A stretch of 64,000 nt of DNA from an uncultured Sphingomonadaceae bacterium (GCA_964244885.1 CAXTKD010000002.1:40104-104103), one strand, 5' to 3'; counted from the first letter of the stretch, positions 26,696 to 34,989 are shown. Program-made: numbers and translations. Notes: generated by a model from the sequence alone, not told the origin.

Positions 26696-26748
26696 CGCGC
26701 ACGGGTTTACGGCTTCGCCGCTCTCAACCCAACATCATTCATAAAGGC

Positions 26749-26862
26749 GTCATTCCCGCGAACGCGGGAACCCATGAACACAGGTCGTGCAGGAGCGGTA
26801 CGACGCCATCGCTTCTTTCTTCATGCGCGGTGTTCATGGGTCCCCGCGTTCGCGGGGATGAC
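26749..26862. repeat. Family A palindromic intergenic repeat, 114 bp
   Basis: GTCATTCCCGCGAACGCGGGAACCCATGAACAC ... GTGTTCATGGGTCCCCGCGTTCGCGGGGATGAC. The arms are related to the copies at 826-925 and 61075-61140. Confidence 0.85.
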
Positions 26863-26876
26863 GGCCGGTTTTGTTG

Positions 26877-27209
26877 CTAGACCGAGAAGCTCGTCCCGCA
26901 GCCGCAGCCCGACGTCGCGTTTGGGTTCTTCACCTGGAAGGACGCGCCGGCGAGCGAGGAGACGAAGTCGACCTCCGCCCCGGCCAAAAACGGAAGGCTC
27001 ACCGGATCGACCAGCAGCGTCACGCCATCGGTCGTCACCATCGTGTCGTCCGCGGCGGCTTCGCTTTCGAGGCCGAACTTGTACTGGAAGCCCGCGCAAC
27101 CGCCGCCATCGACGGCGAGGCGCAGCTTCAATGCGGGATTGCCCTGCTTGATCGCGATCGCCTGGACGCGCTTCGCGGCAGCTTCGGAAAGACGGACCTC
27201 GTCGCTCAT
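26877..27209 (-). CDS. erpA: Iron-sulfur cluster insertion protein (HesB/IscA/ErpA family)
   Basis: LRLAVDGGGCAGFQY plus the C-terminal CGCGTSFSV cysteine motif. Confidence 0.9.
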   Translation of the reverse strand: MSDEVRLSEAAAKRVQAIAIKQGNPALKLRLAVDGGGCAGFQYKFGLESEAAADDTMVTTDGVTLLVDPVSLPFLAGAEVDFVSSLAGASFQVKNPNATSGCGCGTSFSV

Positions 27210-27254
27210 GCTGGCGACATAGGCCCGGCCCCTCCCCGATTCAATTGGCGGCGG

Positions 27255-28433
27255 TTAATTCGCCGCGAGCGCGGTGCTGCCCTCGGCATGGTCGTCGCCG
27301 CGATCCTGGATCGCGGCGAGCACCGGCGCGGACTGCAGGAACGGCATCGGATTGACCGCGCGGCCATCGATGCGGACCTCGTAATGGAGGTGCGTGCCCG
27401 TTGAGCGGCCGGTCGAGCCCATCAGGCCGATGACATCGCCCTTGTGGACGAGCTGCCCCGGCTGGACGAGGACGCGCGACATGTGGCCGTAACGGGTCGA
27501 GATGCCCTTGCCATGGTCGACATCGACGCAATTGCCGTAGCCGCCGAACCAGGCCGCACGGCTGATCGTGCCGTCGGCGGTGGCTCGGATTTCCTCGCCC
27601 TGGTGGCCCGCCATGTCGACGCCGGTGTGCATCGCGGCGTTGCCGTTGAACGGGTCGAAGCGAACCCCGAAGCCGCTGGAATAGCTGTACTGCTCGACCG
27701 GCATCGCGGCGGGAATCGCGGCCATCGAGGTCTCGAGCTGCTCGACCTTCTTCCAGCTTAGGAACAGGTCCTTGAACTTCGGCTCGGCACTTGCAAGCGG
27801 GCTCTGCGGGCCGTCGACCGGCTCCAGCGGGCCGCCGATGCCGAGCATCGACTGGCCGACGAAGCGCGCGCTGTCGAGGCCGAGGCGGTTGAGCAGCGCC
27901 TGGGTATCGCGATAGCGCGCCTCGGCCGCCGTCGTCGCGCGATCGACGAAGGCGAGCTGGTCGCGCTCCAGCCGCAGGAAAGGCGCAAGCAGGGAGGCGC
28001 GGCGCGCGTCGGCCTGGACGGTGTCGTCGGAGCTCGGCATCAGCGCGGCCAGCTGGCGCATGTCCGCCTTGCCCGACAGGAGGCTGGCGAGAAACGCCTG
28101 GCGCTTCTCCAGCCGCTCGGCGGTGTGCGCGACATCGCCGCGAAGCCCCGTGACGTTCGACTTCATCATTTCGACCTGGGCCGACATGCGGTTAAGCTCC
28201 GCATCCTTCGCCTGGATGGTCGCGCTGTCCCCCGACGTGGCGACCATGTTGACGGAGGCGATGCTGAGCCAGCCTGCGATAAGCGTTGTAAAAGCTGCGG
28301 CCATGATCTGCGTTCGTGTCCCAACCCTGATGAGGCGGACATTGTCCTCGCTGTGCAGGGCGATGGTGCGTTCGGGAAATTGCCGCAGAATGGACGCGCG
28401 AAGTCCCTCGATCGCCGCGCGAGCCGACTGCAT
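27255..28433 (-). CDS. M23-family metallopeptidase with a coiled-coil N-terminal region
   Basis: HTGVDMAG...GNCVDVDHGKGISTRYGHMS...GSTGRSTGTHLHYEVR contains the HxxxD and HxH motifs. The start is either ATG 28433 or the upstream start of the track ORF at 28493. Confidence 0.85.
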   Translation of the reverse strand: MQSARAAIEGLRASILRQFPERTIALHSEDNVRLIRVGTRTQIMAAAFTTLIAGWLSIASVNMVATSGDSATIQAKDAELNRMSAQVEMMKSNVTGLRGDVAHTAERLEKRQAFLASLLSGKADMRQLAALMPSSDDTVQADARRASLLAPFLRLERDQLAFVDRATTAAEARYRDTQALLNRLGLDSARFVGQSMLGIGGPLEPVDGPQSPLASAEPKFKDLFLSWKKVEQLETSMAAIPAAMPVEQYSYSSGFGVRFDPFNGNAAMHTGVDMAGHQGEEIRATADGTISRAAWFGGYGNCVDVDHGKGISTRYGHMSRVLVQPGQLVHKGDVIGLMGSTGRSTGTHLHYEVRIDGRAVNPMPFLQSAPVLAAIQDRGDDHAEGSTALAAN

Positions 28434-28543
28434 TCCCAAAACCTTGTTTCCCCACTCAGCAAGCCGGCAAGACCGCCGGATGCCCACACTCAAACCCGAC
28501 TAAACCCTCCGGCCTTCCCCCTGAACGCCGTTGGTGATCCTGT

Positions 28544-29350
28544 CTAAGCGGCGGCCGGAGCGGCTGGCAAGTCGTGGTACCAGTGGCTGGGCATGCCCGC
28601 CTCGGACCGGGCCAAGTCGTTGAAAGGCGGGCGTAAAGCCCCTCGAAAATAGGTCTGGACGAGCCGTCTGAACGCTTCGTCGGGCGGTATACCGTTCGAT
28701 TCACACGCCCAACGGAACCACAAGTTCCCTACTCGGACGTGATTTATTTCATCGCGATAGATTTGTTCGAGAATCGTTCCGGATTCGGCGTCCCCCGCCG
28801 CCGCGATTCGCGCCGCGGTGTCGGGCGTGACGTCCAGCCCCCGCGCCTCCAGCACCTGCGGCACCACCGCCAGCCGCGCGCTCAGATCATGCGCCGTCGC
28901 GCGCGCCGCATCCCACAATCCGCTGTGCGCCGGCAGGTCGCCGTAAGCGCCGCCCAGGTCCTCCAGCCGGTCGGCCAGCATTAGGAAGTGCCGCGACTCG
29001 TCGTCGGCGACGCCAACCCAGTCGTCGACGAAGGCGCGCGGCATCCCATCGCCGAACCGCCCGATCATGTCCCACGCGAGGTCGATGGCATTCAGCTCGA
29101 TATGCGCCAGCGCATGGAGCAGCGCGAAGCGGCCCTTCTCCGACCCACCCTTGCGCTTGGGCATCTTGTTGGGCGGCAAAAGCTCGGGCCTGGCGGGGCG
29201 CGCGGGGACATCGGGCATGCCGACATCGAAGGCGAGCGCGAGGTCGCCCGCGCGCCAGGCCGCCGCATGCAGACGGGAAACCGCCGCCTTCTCGCGCGCA
29301 TCGGCGGTTCGAAGAACGCTCAGCGCAGCACCGGCGACGGAGTCTGCCAC
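28544..29350 (-). CDS. DUF455 ferritin-like domain protein
   Basis: RFALLHALAHIELNAIDLAWDMI...DDESRHFLML...PQVLEARGLD...DEINHVRVG shows ferritin-like metal ligands. A GTG start at 29350 is preferred because the upstream 60 codons of the track ORF are encoded by a repeat element. Confidence 0.65.
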   Translation of the reverse strand: MADSVAGAALSVLRTADAREKAAVSRLHAAAWRAGDLALAFDVGMPDVPARPARPELLPPNKMPKRKGGSEKGRFALLHALAHIELNAIDLAWDMIGRFGDGMPRAFVDDWVGVADDESRHFLMLADRLEDLGGAYGDLPAHSGLWDAARATAHDLSARLAVVPQVLEARGLDVTPDTAARIAAAGDAESGTILEQIYRDEINHVRVGNLWFRWACESNGIPPDEAFRRLVQTYFRGALRPPFNDLARSEAGMPSHWYHDLPAAPAAA

Positions 29351-29440
29351 GTGGTTCGACAAGCTCACCACGAACGGACTTTTGAGAGAGGCCGTCCGCC
29401 CAAAAGATTCCGTTCGTCCTGAGCCTGTCGAAGGGCGTGG
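29347..29440. repeat. Family C repeat, diverged copy
   Basis: GTTCGTCCTGAGCCTGTCGAAGGGCG at 29412-29437 pairs imperfectly with TTCGACAAGCTCACCACGAAC at 29355-29375. The arm sequence is the same as in the perfect palindrome inside murD (58379-58452). Confidence 0.65.
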
Positions 29441-29646
29441 TCGCTCAGCCTCGCCACCGAAGTCGAGTGCGTCGATTCGGCGAAACTCTCCGAGCCCAAA
29501 AAGCCGGGCAATTCTCGCGAAGGGTCCGAATGTTCGCACTCATGCGGCAATTTCGTTGCGTATCCTTGGCATAAAGTTTCGCGCCACGAGTAAGCGGCGA
29601 AAGAACATACAGCGAACGGGTCGTTAGAGTAAGCTCGCTCGCACCG

Positions 29647-30111
29647 TCATCCCAATGCCTGCGCCGCCTTCAAGACATCGTCGGCATGACCCTTCACCTT
29701 CACCTTGCGCCAGACCTGCCGCAGCACGCCCTCCCGGTCGATCAGGAAGGTCGAGCGATCGATGCCCATGTAGTCGCGGCCGTACATGCTCTTCTCGACC
29801 CAGCTTTCGTAGGCCTCGATCGCCTGCCGCTCGGGATCGGCGCCGAGCCGGACTTCGAGGCCGTGCTTGGCGCGGAACTTGGCCTTGCTCTTGGCCGATT
29901 CCTGCGAGACGCCGATCACAACGGCGTCCGCCGCATCGAACGCGCCTTTAAGTCCGGTGAAGTCGATCGCCTCGGTCGTGCAGCCGGGCGTGTCGTCCTT
30001 CGGGTAGAAATAGAGCACGACCTTCTTGCCCTTGAGCGCGTCGAGGCTGAGCGTGCCGCCCTCGTCGCTTTCCAGCGAAAATCCTGGCGCCTTGCTGCCG
30101 ATCTCGATCAT
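29647..30111 (-). CDS. bcp: Peroxiredoxin Bcp
   Basis: MIEIGSKAPGFSL...VVLYFYPKDDTPGCTTEA contains the peroxidatic Cys motif. The ATG at 30111 overlaps the glnE stop. Confidence 0.9.
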   Translation of the reverse strand: MIEIGSKAPGFSLESDEGGTLSLDALKGKKVVLYFYPKDDTPGCTTEAIDFTGLKGAFDAADAVVIGVSQESAKSKAKFRAKHGLEVRLGADPERQAIEAYESWVEKSMYGRDYMGIDRSTFLIDREGVLRQVWRKVKVKGHADDVLKAAQALG

Positions 30112-32864
30112 CCCTTGCCCTTTCGTGGCTCGCCGAACGCCGTCTCCCATGCCGCAAGAACCTGTCGCTTGGCCAGCGCCAGCGCCGCCTCCAGCGCCTT
30201 GAGGTCTGCCACCCGGCACGATCGCGCCAGCAGCAGACCCACCGCCTCCGGCACCTTGCCATCGGGCGCCAGCAGCCGGAGCATGACGAGCATCCGCGTC
30301 ATCAGGTCGTCCGCCGCCACCAGCTCGGGCAGGCCGAGCGCTTCGCAGGCGGCGCGCAGGTCGGGCGTGAACGCCGTGCGGTCGCGGAGCTGGAGGTAGT
30401 GGACGATGAACTCCAGGTCGACGAGGCCGCCGCGCGCCAGCTTGACGTCCCACGGGCCGGTCGGCGGCTTGTGCGCGGCCATCTCGGTGCGCATCGCCAG
30501 CACGTCGGCCTTGAGCTTCGCCGGATCGCGCGGCTGGTTGAGCACCTCGACAATCACCGCCTCGACGGCCGGCGCGTCGCCGACGACGACCCGCGCCCGG
30601 GTCAGTGCCATATGCTCCCAGGTCCAAGCCTCCTTGCGCTGATAGTCGGCGAAGCTGTCGATGGTGACGGCCAGCATGCCCTGCGCGCCCGAGGGGCGGA
30701 GGCGGGTGTCGATCTCATAGAGCGCACCCGCCGCGGTCGGCACCGACATCGCTGCCGTCACCCGCTGCGCCAGCCGGTTGAAATAGACCGAGGCGCCCAG
30801 GGGCCGCGCGCCATCGGACTCGGTGCCGTGGTCGCCGGTGAACAGGTAGACGATGTCTAGGTCCGACTTGGCGGTCAGCGCGCTGCCGCCGAAGCGGCCG
30901 AAGCCGAGGACGAGCATTGCGCCGCCGGGCACGTGCCCGTGCGCCTCGGCGAACGCCGCCTCGACCACCGGCGTTAGCACCGCGAACGCCGCGTCAGCCA
31001 GATCGGAGTAGGAGCGCGCGGCCTGAAGCGGATCGGTGATATCCTCGATCAACTGCATGCCGATCTGGAAGCGGCGCTCGGCGGTCCAGCGGCGGGTGCG
31101 GTCGAGCGCCTCCTCAAGCGGCGCGTCGGCGATGCGCAGGCGAAGCTCGGCCGCAAGCCCGTCGCGATCGGGCAGCACCGCGAAGGCCAGCGGATCGAGC
31201 ACGACGTCGAACAGCTCCGGGCTGCGCGCCAGCGCGTCGGCGAGAGTCGGCGTCGTGCCGAGGAGGTGGCCGAGCAGATCGACGAGCTTCGGATGCGCGG
31301 CGAGAAGCGCGAGGAACTGCGCGCCGGTCGGGAGCTGCGCGAGGAAGGTGTCGAGCCGGGTCGCCGCCGCCTTCGGATCGACCGACGCCGCGATCCCGTC
31401 GATCAGCCCCGGCAGTATCGCTTCCAGAGCGCCCCGCGCCGCCTCGCTGCGGAGCGAACGGTATTTGCCCGACCGCCAACCCTCGACGAGGCCCGCCAAG
31501 CCGATGCTGTCGGGCAACCCGCGCTCGGCGAGATGGTCGGAGAGAACCGCCGGCGCCGGCGTCTCGCCCCGCGCCTCGGCGATCACCACGTCGTAGCGCG
31601 CCGCGACCGCGCTTGCGTGGCCGACGAGTTCGCGCTCGAACGCCTCCCAGTCGCGATAGCCGCTGAACGCAGCCAGCGCCGCGCGGGCGTCGGCAGTTTC
31701 GGGGATGCGGTGCGTCTGCTCGTCGTCGCGCATCTGGACGCGGTGCTCGGCGGTGCGGTGGAAGCAGTAGGCAGAGGCCAGCGCCGCCGCATCCTCAGCG
31801 CCGATCCGCCCCGCCGCGCTCAGCGCCGCCAGCGCGTCGAGCGTCGCCGGCGCGCGCAGGCCCGGCTCGCGCCCGCCGAAGATCAGCTGGTGGATCTGCG
31901 CGAAGAACTCGACTTCGCGGATGCCGCCGCGCCCGCGCTTCAGGTCGAAGCCCGGCCCCGCCTCCTGCCCCGCCGCATAATGGTCGCGGATGCGAAGGCT
32001 CACCGCCTGGATGTCGCGGATCGCGGTATAGTCGAGCGAGCGCCGCCAGACGAACGGCCGGATCGCATCGAGGAAGCTCCGGCCCATCGCGATATCGCCC
32101 GCCGCCGCCCGCGCCCGGATGAACGCCGCGCGCTCCCAGGTCAGCGCCTCCGATTGATAATAGCTCTCCGCCGCCTCCACCGGCAGGACGATCGCCGTCG
32201 CCTCCGGAGAGGGGCGGAGGCGGAGATCGACACGGAAGACATAGCCGCCGTCGACCTTCTGCATGATCTCGACCACCCGCCGCCCGATCCGCACCGCCGA
32301 CTCGTCGGGGTCGTCGCGCTCGCGGCGCGGCAATGTCTTGCGGTCATGAAGCAGGATGAGATCGACATCGCTCGAATAATTAAGCTCGCGGCTGCCGAGC
32401 TTGCCGAGCGCCAGCGCCGTCAGCCCGATGGCCTCCGCGCCCTCGACCCGCTCGCCGATCGCCGCCGCGATCGCCTCGCTCAGCGCCAGGTCGGCGAAGT
32501 CGGAGAGCGCCGCCGTCACCCGCTCCAGCGGCCACTCCCCCGCCAGATCGGCGAGAGCCACCGCCAGCGCCAGCTCAGCCTTGGCGTCGCGCAGCCGACC
32601 GTCGACCTTGCCCTCACCGCGCGCGACCGCGTGCGCCGCCGCGACCGCCGCCTCCGGCCCCTCGCCGACAATCCGTGCTAACGCCATGGGCCGCGTTCGC
32701 ATAAGCCGCTTGAGATAGGGCGCCCGCTCCCATGCCGCCGTGATCGCCCCCGCATAGCGCTGGGACGGCGCCGCGCCGCCCTCGCGATCGAGCAGCTTCG
32801 CCACGTCGTCGGGCAGCGCCGCCGGGGGCAGCGTCGGCCATCTGTCTGTCTGTGCCTCGGCCAT
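30108..32864 (-). CDS. glnE: Bifunctional glutamine synthetase adenylyltransferase/adenylyl-removing enzyme
   Basis: 918 aa with two nucleotidyltransferase cores: GKLGSRELNYSSDVDLILLH and GRFGGSALTAKSDLDIVYLF. Confidence 0.95.
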   Translation of the reverse strand: MAEAQTDRWPTLPPAALPDDVAKLLDREGGAAPSQRYAGAITAAWERAPYLKRLMRTRPMALARIVGEGPEAAVAAAHAVARGEGKVDGRLRDAKAELALAVALADLAGEWPLERVTAALSDFADLALSEAIAAAIGERVEGAEAIGLTALALGKLGSRELNYSSDVDLILLHDRKTLPRRERDDPDESAVRIGRRVVEIMQKVDGGYVFRVDLRLRPSPEATAIVLPVEAAESYYQSEALTWERAAFIRARAAAGDIAMGRSFLDAIRPFVWRRSLDYTAIRDIQAVSLRIRDHYAAGQEAGPGFDLKRGRGGIREVEFFAQIHQLIFGGREPGLRAPATLDALAALSAAGRIGAEDAAALASAYCFHRTAEHRVQMRDDEQTHRIPETADARAALAAFSGYRDWEAFERELVGHASAVAARYDVVIAEARGETPAPAVLSDHLAERGLPDSIGLAGLVEGWRSGKYRSLRSEAARGALEAILPGLIDGIAASVDPKAAATRLDTFLAQLPTGAQFLALLAAHPKLVDLLGHLLGTTPTLADALARSPELFDVVLDPLAFAVLPDRDGLAAELRLRIADAPLEEALDRTRRWTAERRFQIGMQLIEDITDPLQAARSYSDLADAAFAVLTPVVEAAFAEAHGHVPGGAMLVLGFGRFGGSALTAKSDLDIVYLFTGDHGTESDGARPLGASVYFNRLAQRVTAAMSVPTAAGALYEIDTRLRPSGAQGMLAVTIDSFADYQRKEAWTWEHMALTRARVVVGDAPAVEAVIVEVLNQPRDPAKLKADVLAMRTEMAAHKPPTGPWDVKLARGGLVDLEFIVHYLQLRDRTAFTPDLRAACEALGLPELVAADDLMTRMLVMLRLLAPDGKVPEAVGLLLARSCRVADLKALEAALALAKRQVLAAWETAFGEPRKGKG

Positions 32865-32943
32865 GTCCCGCCCAAGCCTAGCCGTGCGGCGCGGTCAAGT
32901 CGCCGCCGGTTCGTTCTGGAGGCGATTTAACTTCGAAAAGTTC

Positions 32944-32968
32944 GGAACGCCTTTGGGGAACGTGGGTT
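32944..32968 (+). promoter_or_regulatory. EcfG-type promoter candidate (GGAAC-N16-GGTT)
   Basis: GGAAC is at 32944-32948 and GGTT at 32965-32968. No protein-coding gene lies downstream on this strand before the terminator at 33094. Confidence 0.45.
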
Positions 32969-32974
32969 CAGCAT

Positions 32975-33122
32975 CCGTGGAAGCACTCCCACGCGAATCC
33001 CCCCTCGCGGCTTTCATATTCTGCCCCTTAGAGCCCCGATCCGGCGCCTGCCCCCCACCCCCAACGCCGGATCGGGGTTCGACCCAGATAAAGAAAAGCC
33101 CCGCGCGAGCGGGGCTTTTCGA
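32975..33122 (+). ncRNA. Candidate EcfG-dependent small RNA (GsrN-like architecture)
   Basis: A perfect 13-bp stem CCCCGATCCGGCG/CGCCGGATCGGGG (33034-33046 and 33065-33077) encloses the C-rich loop CCTGCCCCCCACCCCCAA. An intrinsic terminator follows at 33094-33119. The ends are estimates only. Confidence 0.4.
33094..33119. terminator. Bidirectional intrinsic terminator
   Basis: AAAAGCCCCGC-GCGA-GCGGGGCTTTT has A/T runs on both sides. It serves ecfG (minus) and the candidate sRNA (plus). Confidence 0.7.
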
Positions 33123-33139
33123 TTCTAGGGAGAGAGGCG

Positions 33140-33934
33140 TTAGCCGCGCGCCAGCGCGTCCACCTGAGCCATGATGTTCACGAGCGGGGACTGGCCCTGA
33201 TTGTCCGGCGACGAGTCGCGGCGCGACGGCAGCAGCCCTTCGTTCAGGATCGTTTCGAGCGCCGCGCGGCCGCGCGCCACCCGGCTCTTGATCGTGCCGA
33301 CCGCGCAGTCGCAGATCGACGCCGCCTCCTCATAGGCGAAGCCGCCCGCGCCGACGAGGATCAGCGCCTCGCGCTGCGCCTGCGGAAGCTGGAGCAGCGC
33401 GCGCTGCAAATCGCCGAGCTCGACCTGGCGGTCCTGCCCGGCCGGAGCCGCGAGCAGCCGGTCGGCGGTGAAATCGTCCCACTCGCCCTTGAAGCGCGCG
33501 CGGCGCATCTGGCTGAGGAACAGGTTGCGGAGGATGATGAAGGTCCACGCCCGCATGTTGGTGCCGGCCTGGAAGCGCTCGCGCGCCGCCCAGGCCTTCA
33601 GCAGCGTCTCCTGCACCAGGTCGTCGGCGAGGTCGCGCGAGCCCGACAGCGAGCGGCCGAAGGCGCGCAGGTGCGGGATGACGACCGCCAGCTCCTTCTT
33701 GAACTCATCGTCGCTGAGCGCCAGCGGCACGTGCGCCACCTTGCCGTCGTCGGGCAGCAACTCGTCGAGCTGCTTCAGCAGCAGCTCGAATTCCTCGGGC
33801 AGCGCCTGCGCCGGAACTTCGGCGAAGGCGGCGCGGAGATAGGAGCCGACGTCCTTGGTCTTCGCGTCGGACGAGGTTGTGGCGCGGGGCGCGGTCATGG
33901 CTTCAGCCTTGAATGCGGGGGATCGGCGTTTCAT
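33140..33934 (-). CDS. ecfG: ECF sigma factor, EcfG (ECF15) type, with an in-frame NepR-like N-terminal extension
   Basis: Sigma regions DLVQETLLKAWAARERFQAGTNMRAWTFIILRNLFLSQMRR and EALILVGAGGFAYEEAASICDCAVGTIKSRVARGR are present. The N-terminal residues VGSYLRAAFAEVPAQALPEEFELLLKQLDE resemble NepR. Possible starts are ATG 33934, ATG 33898, and internal GTGs at 33739 and 33730. Confidence 0.85.
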   Translation of the reverse strand: MKRRSPAFKAEAMTAPRATTSSDAKTKDVGSYLRAAFAEVPAQALPEEFELLLKQLDELLPDDGKVAHVPLALSDDEFKKELAVVIPHLRAFGRSLSGSRDLADDLVQETLLKAWAARERFQAGTNMRAWTFIILRNLFLSQMRRARFKGEWDDFTADRLLAAPAGQDRQVELGDLQRALLQLPQAQREALILVGAGGFAYEEAASICDCAVGTIKSRVARGRAALETILNEGLLPSRRDSSPDNQGQSPLVNIMAQVDALARG

Positions 33935-33962
33935 GCGCCGACACTATGGGCCTGCGGGATGA

Positions 33963-34097
33963 TCAGCGCCAGATGATCAGCATCGCGGCGAACGCCACGA
34001 CGATCAGGATCAGCGAGATCAGCAGCACATAGCGCGTGACGCCCGGCGTCGTGCCGCCGCGAGCCTCGGTGGTCGTGATCTTCTCGTGCGGTTCCAT
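33963..34097 (-). CDS. Small (44 aa) single-pass membrane protein, not in the ORF track
   Basis: My translation is MEPHEKITTTEARGGTTPGVTRYVLLISLILIVVAFAAMLIIWR. A strong RBS GAGGGGTGAGC precedes the ATG at 34097, and a perfect EcfG-type promoter lies upstream. Confidence 0.45.
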   Translation of the reverse strand: MEPHEKITTTEARGGTTPGVTRYVLLISLILIVVAFAAMLIIWR

Positions 34098-34124
34098 GCT
34101 CACCCCTCATCTACCCGGCGGACG

Positions 34125-34149
34125 AACGCCGGGAGCGCGGCGCTGTTCC
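34125..34149 (-). promoter_or_regulatory. EcfG-type promoter (GGAAC-N16-CGTT, perfect consensus)
   Basis: On the minus strand GGAAC occupies 34149-34145 and CGTT occupies 34128-34125. It lies upstream of the small ORF and ecfG, consistent with the autoregulation expected for this sigma family. Confidence 0.6.
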
Positions 34150-34191
34150 ACCGCTCCGGACGCCCGCGCGAACTGTTGCGCCCGCGCAACG

Positions 34192-34989
34192 TCAGGCGAA
34201 CGCCGCCGTCGAATTGAAGAACAAGGCCTGGCTGATCGCCGCCTTCACCGTCGAGCGCTGGAACGGCTTGGTGATCAGGAAAGTCGGCTCGGGCCGCTCG
34301 CCGGTCAGCAGCCGCTCGGGGAAAGCGGTGATGAAGATCACCGGCACCGAGAAGTTCTGCAAGATCTCCTTCACCGCGTCGATGCCCGACGAATCGTCGG
34401 CGAGCTGGATGTCGGCGAGGACGAGGCCAGGCCGCTCGGCGTTAGCCATCGCCACCGCCTCGTCGCGAGTCACCGCGACTCCGACGACGTCGTGGCCGAG
34501 GTCGCGGACGATGCTCTCGATGTCCATCGCGATGATCGGCTCGTCCTCGATGATCAGAACGCGGGTCGCGGTCTGCCGCTCGATCTCGGCCAGCGCTTCG
34601 TTGACCAGGCCGGTGACATCCTTGGGAGACGCATCGATCAGATAGCCGGTGTCCTCGTTGGTGAAGCCCTCCATCGCGGTCAGCAGCAGCGCCTGCCGCG
34701 ACAGCGGAGTGATCGCCGCGAGGCGGCTCTGCGCCACCCGCTCGAGATCGCCCGAATCCTCGTCCTCCTCGCTGCCGACCTCGACATTGGCGGAGGACCA
34801 GATGGCGTGGAAGGTCTTGTAGAGACCGAGGCGCGGGTCGACATCGCGCGGGAACGACTCGGGCGCGTCGACGATCGCCTGAAGGGCTGCGCGGACGAAG
34901 GCATCGCCATGCCCTTGGCTGCCGGTCAGCGCGCGCGCGTAGCGGCGGAGGTAAGGCAGGTGCGGGGCGATCTCGGTGGCAAGCGACAT
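34192..34989 (-). CDS. phyR: PhyR anti-anti-sigma response regulator (sigma-like domain plus receiver)
   Basis: MSLATEIAPHLPYLRRYARALTGSQ is the sigma-like N-terminal domain. The C-terminal receiver is RVLIIEDEPIIAMDIESIV...VLADIQLADDSSGIDAV...ITKPF. Confidence 0.95.
   Translation of the reverse strand: MSLATEIAPHLPYLRRYARALTGSQGHGDAFVRAALQAIVDAPESFPRDVDPRLGLYKTFHAIWSSANVEVGSEEDEDSGDLERVAQSRLAAITPLSRQALLLTAMEGFTNEDTGYLIDASPKDVTGLVNEALAEIERQTATRVLIIEDEPIIAMDIESIVRDLGHDVVGVAVTRDEAVAMANAERPGLVLADIQLADDSSGIDAVKEILQNFSVPVIFITAFPERLLTGERPEPTFLITKPFQRSTVKAAISQALFFNSTAAFA

Noticed and set aside
33065-33090. A tRNA or tRNA fragment suggested by GGGGTTCGACCC (T-arm-like)
   Set aside because: I could not fold an acceptor stem, D-arm or anticodon arm around it. 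The segment is better explained as the 3' half of the 13-bp stem of the sRNA candidate.
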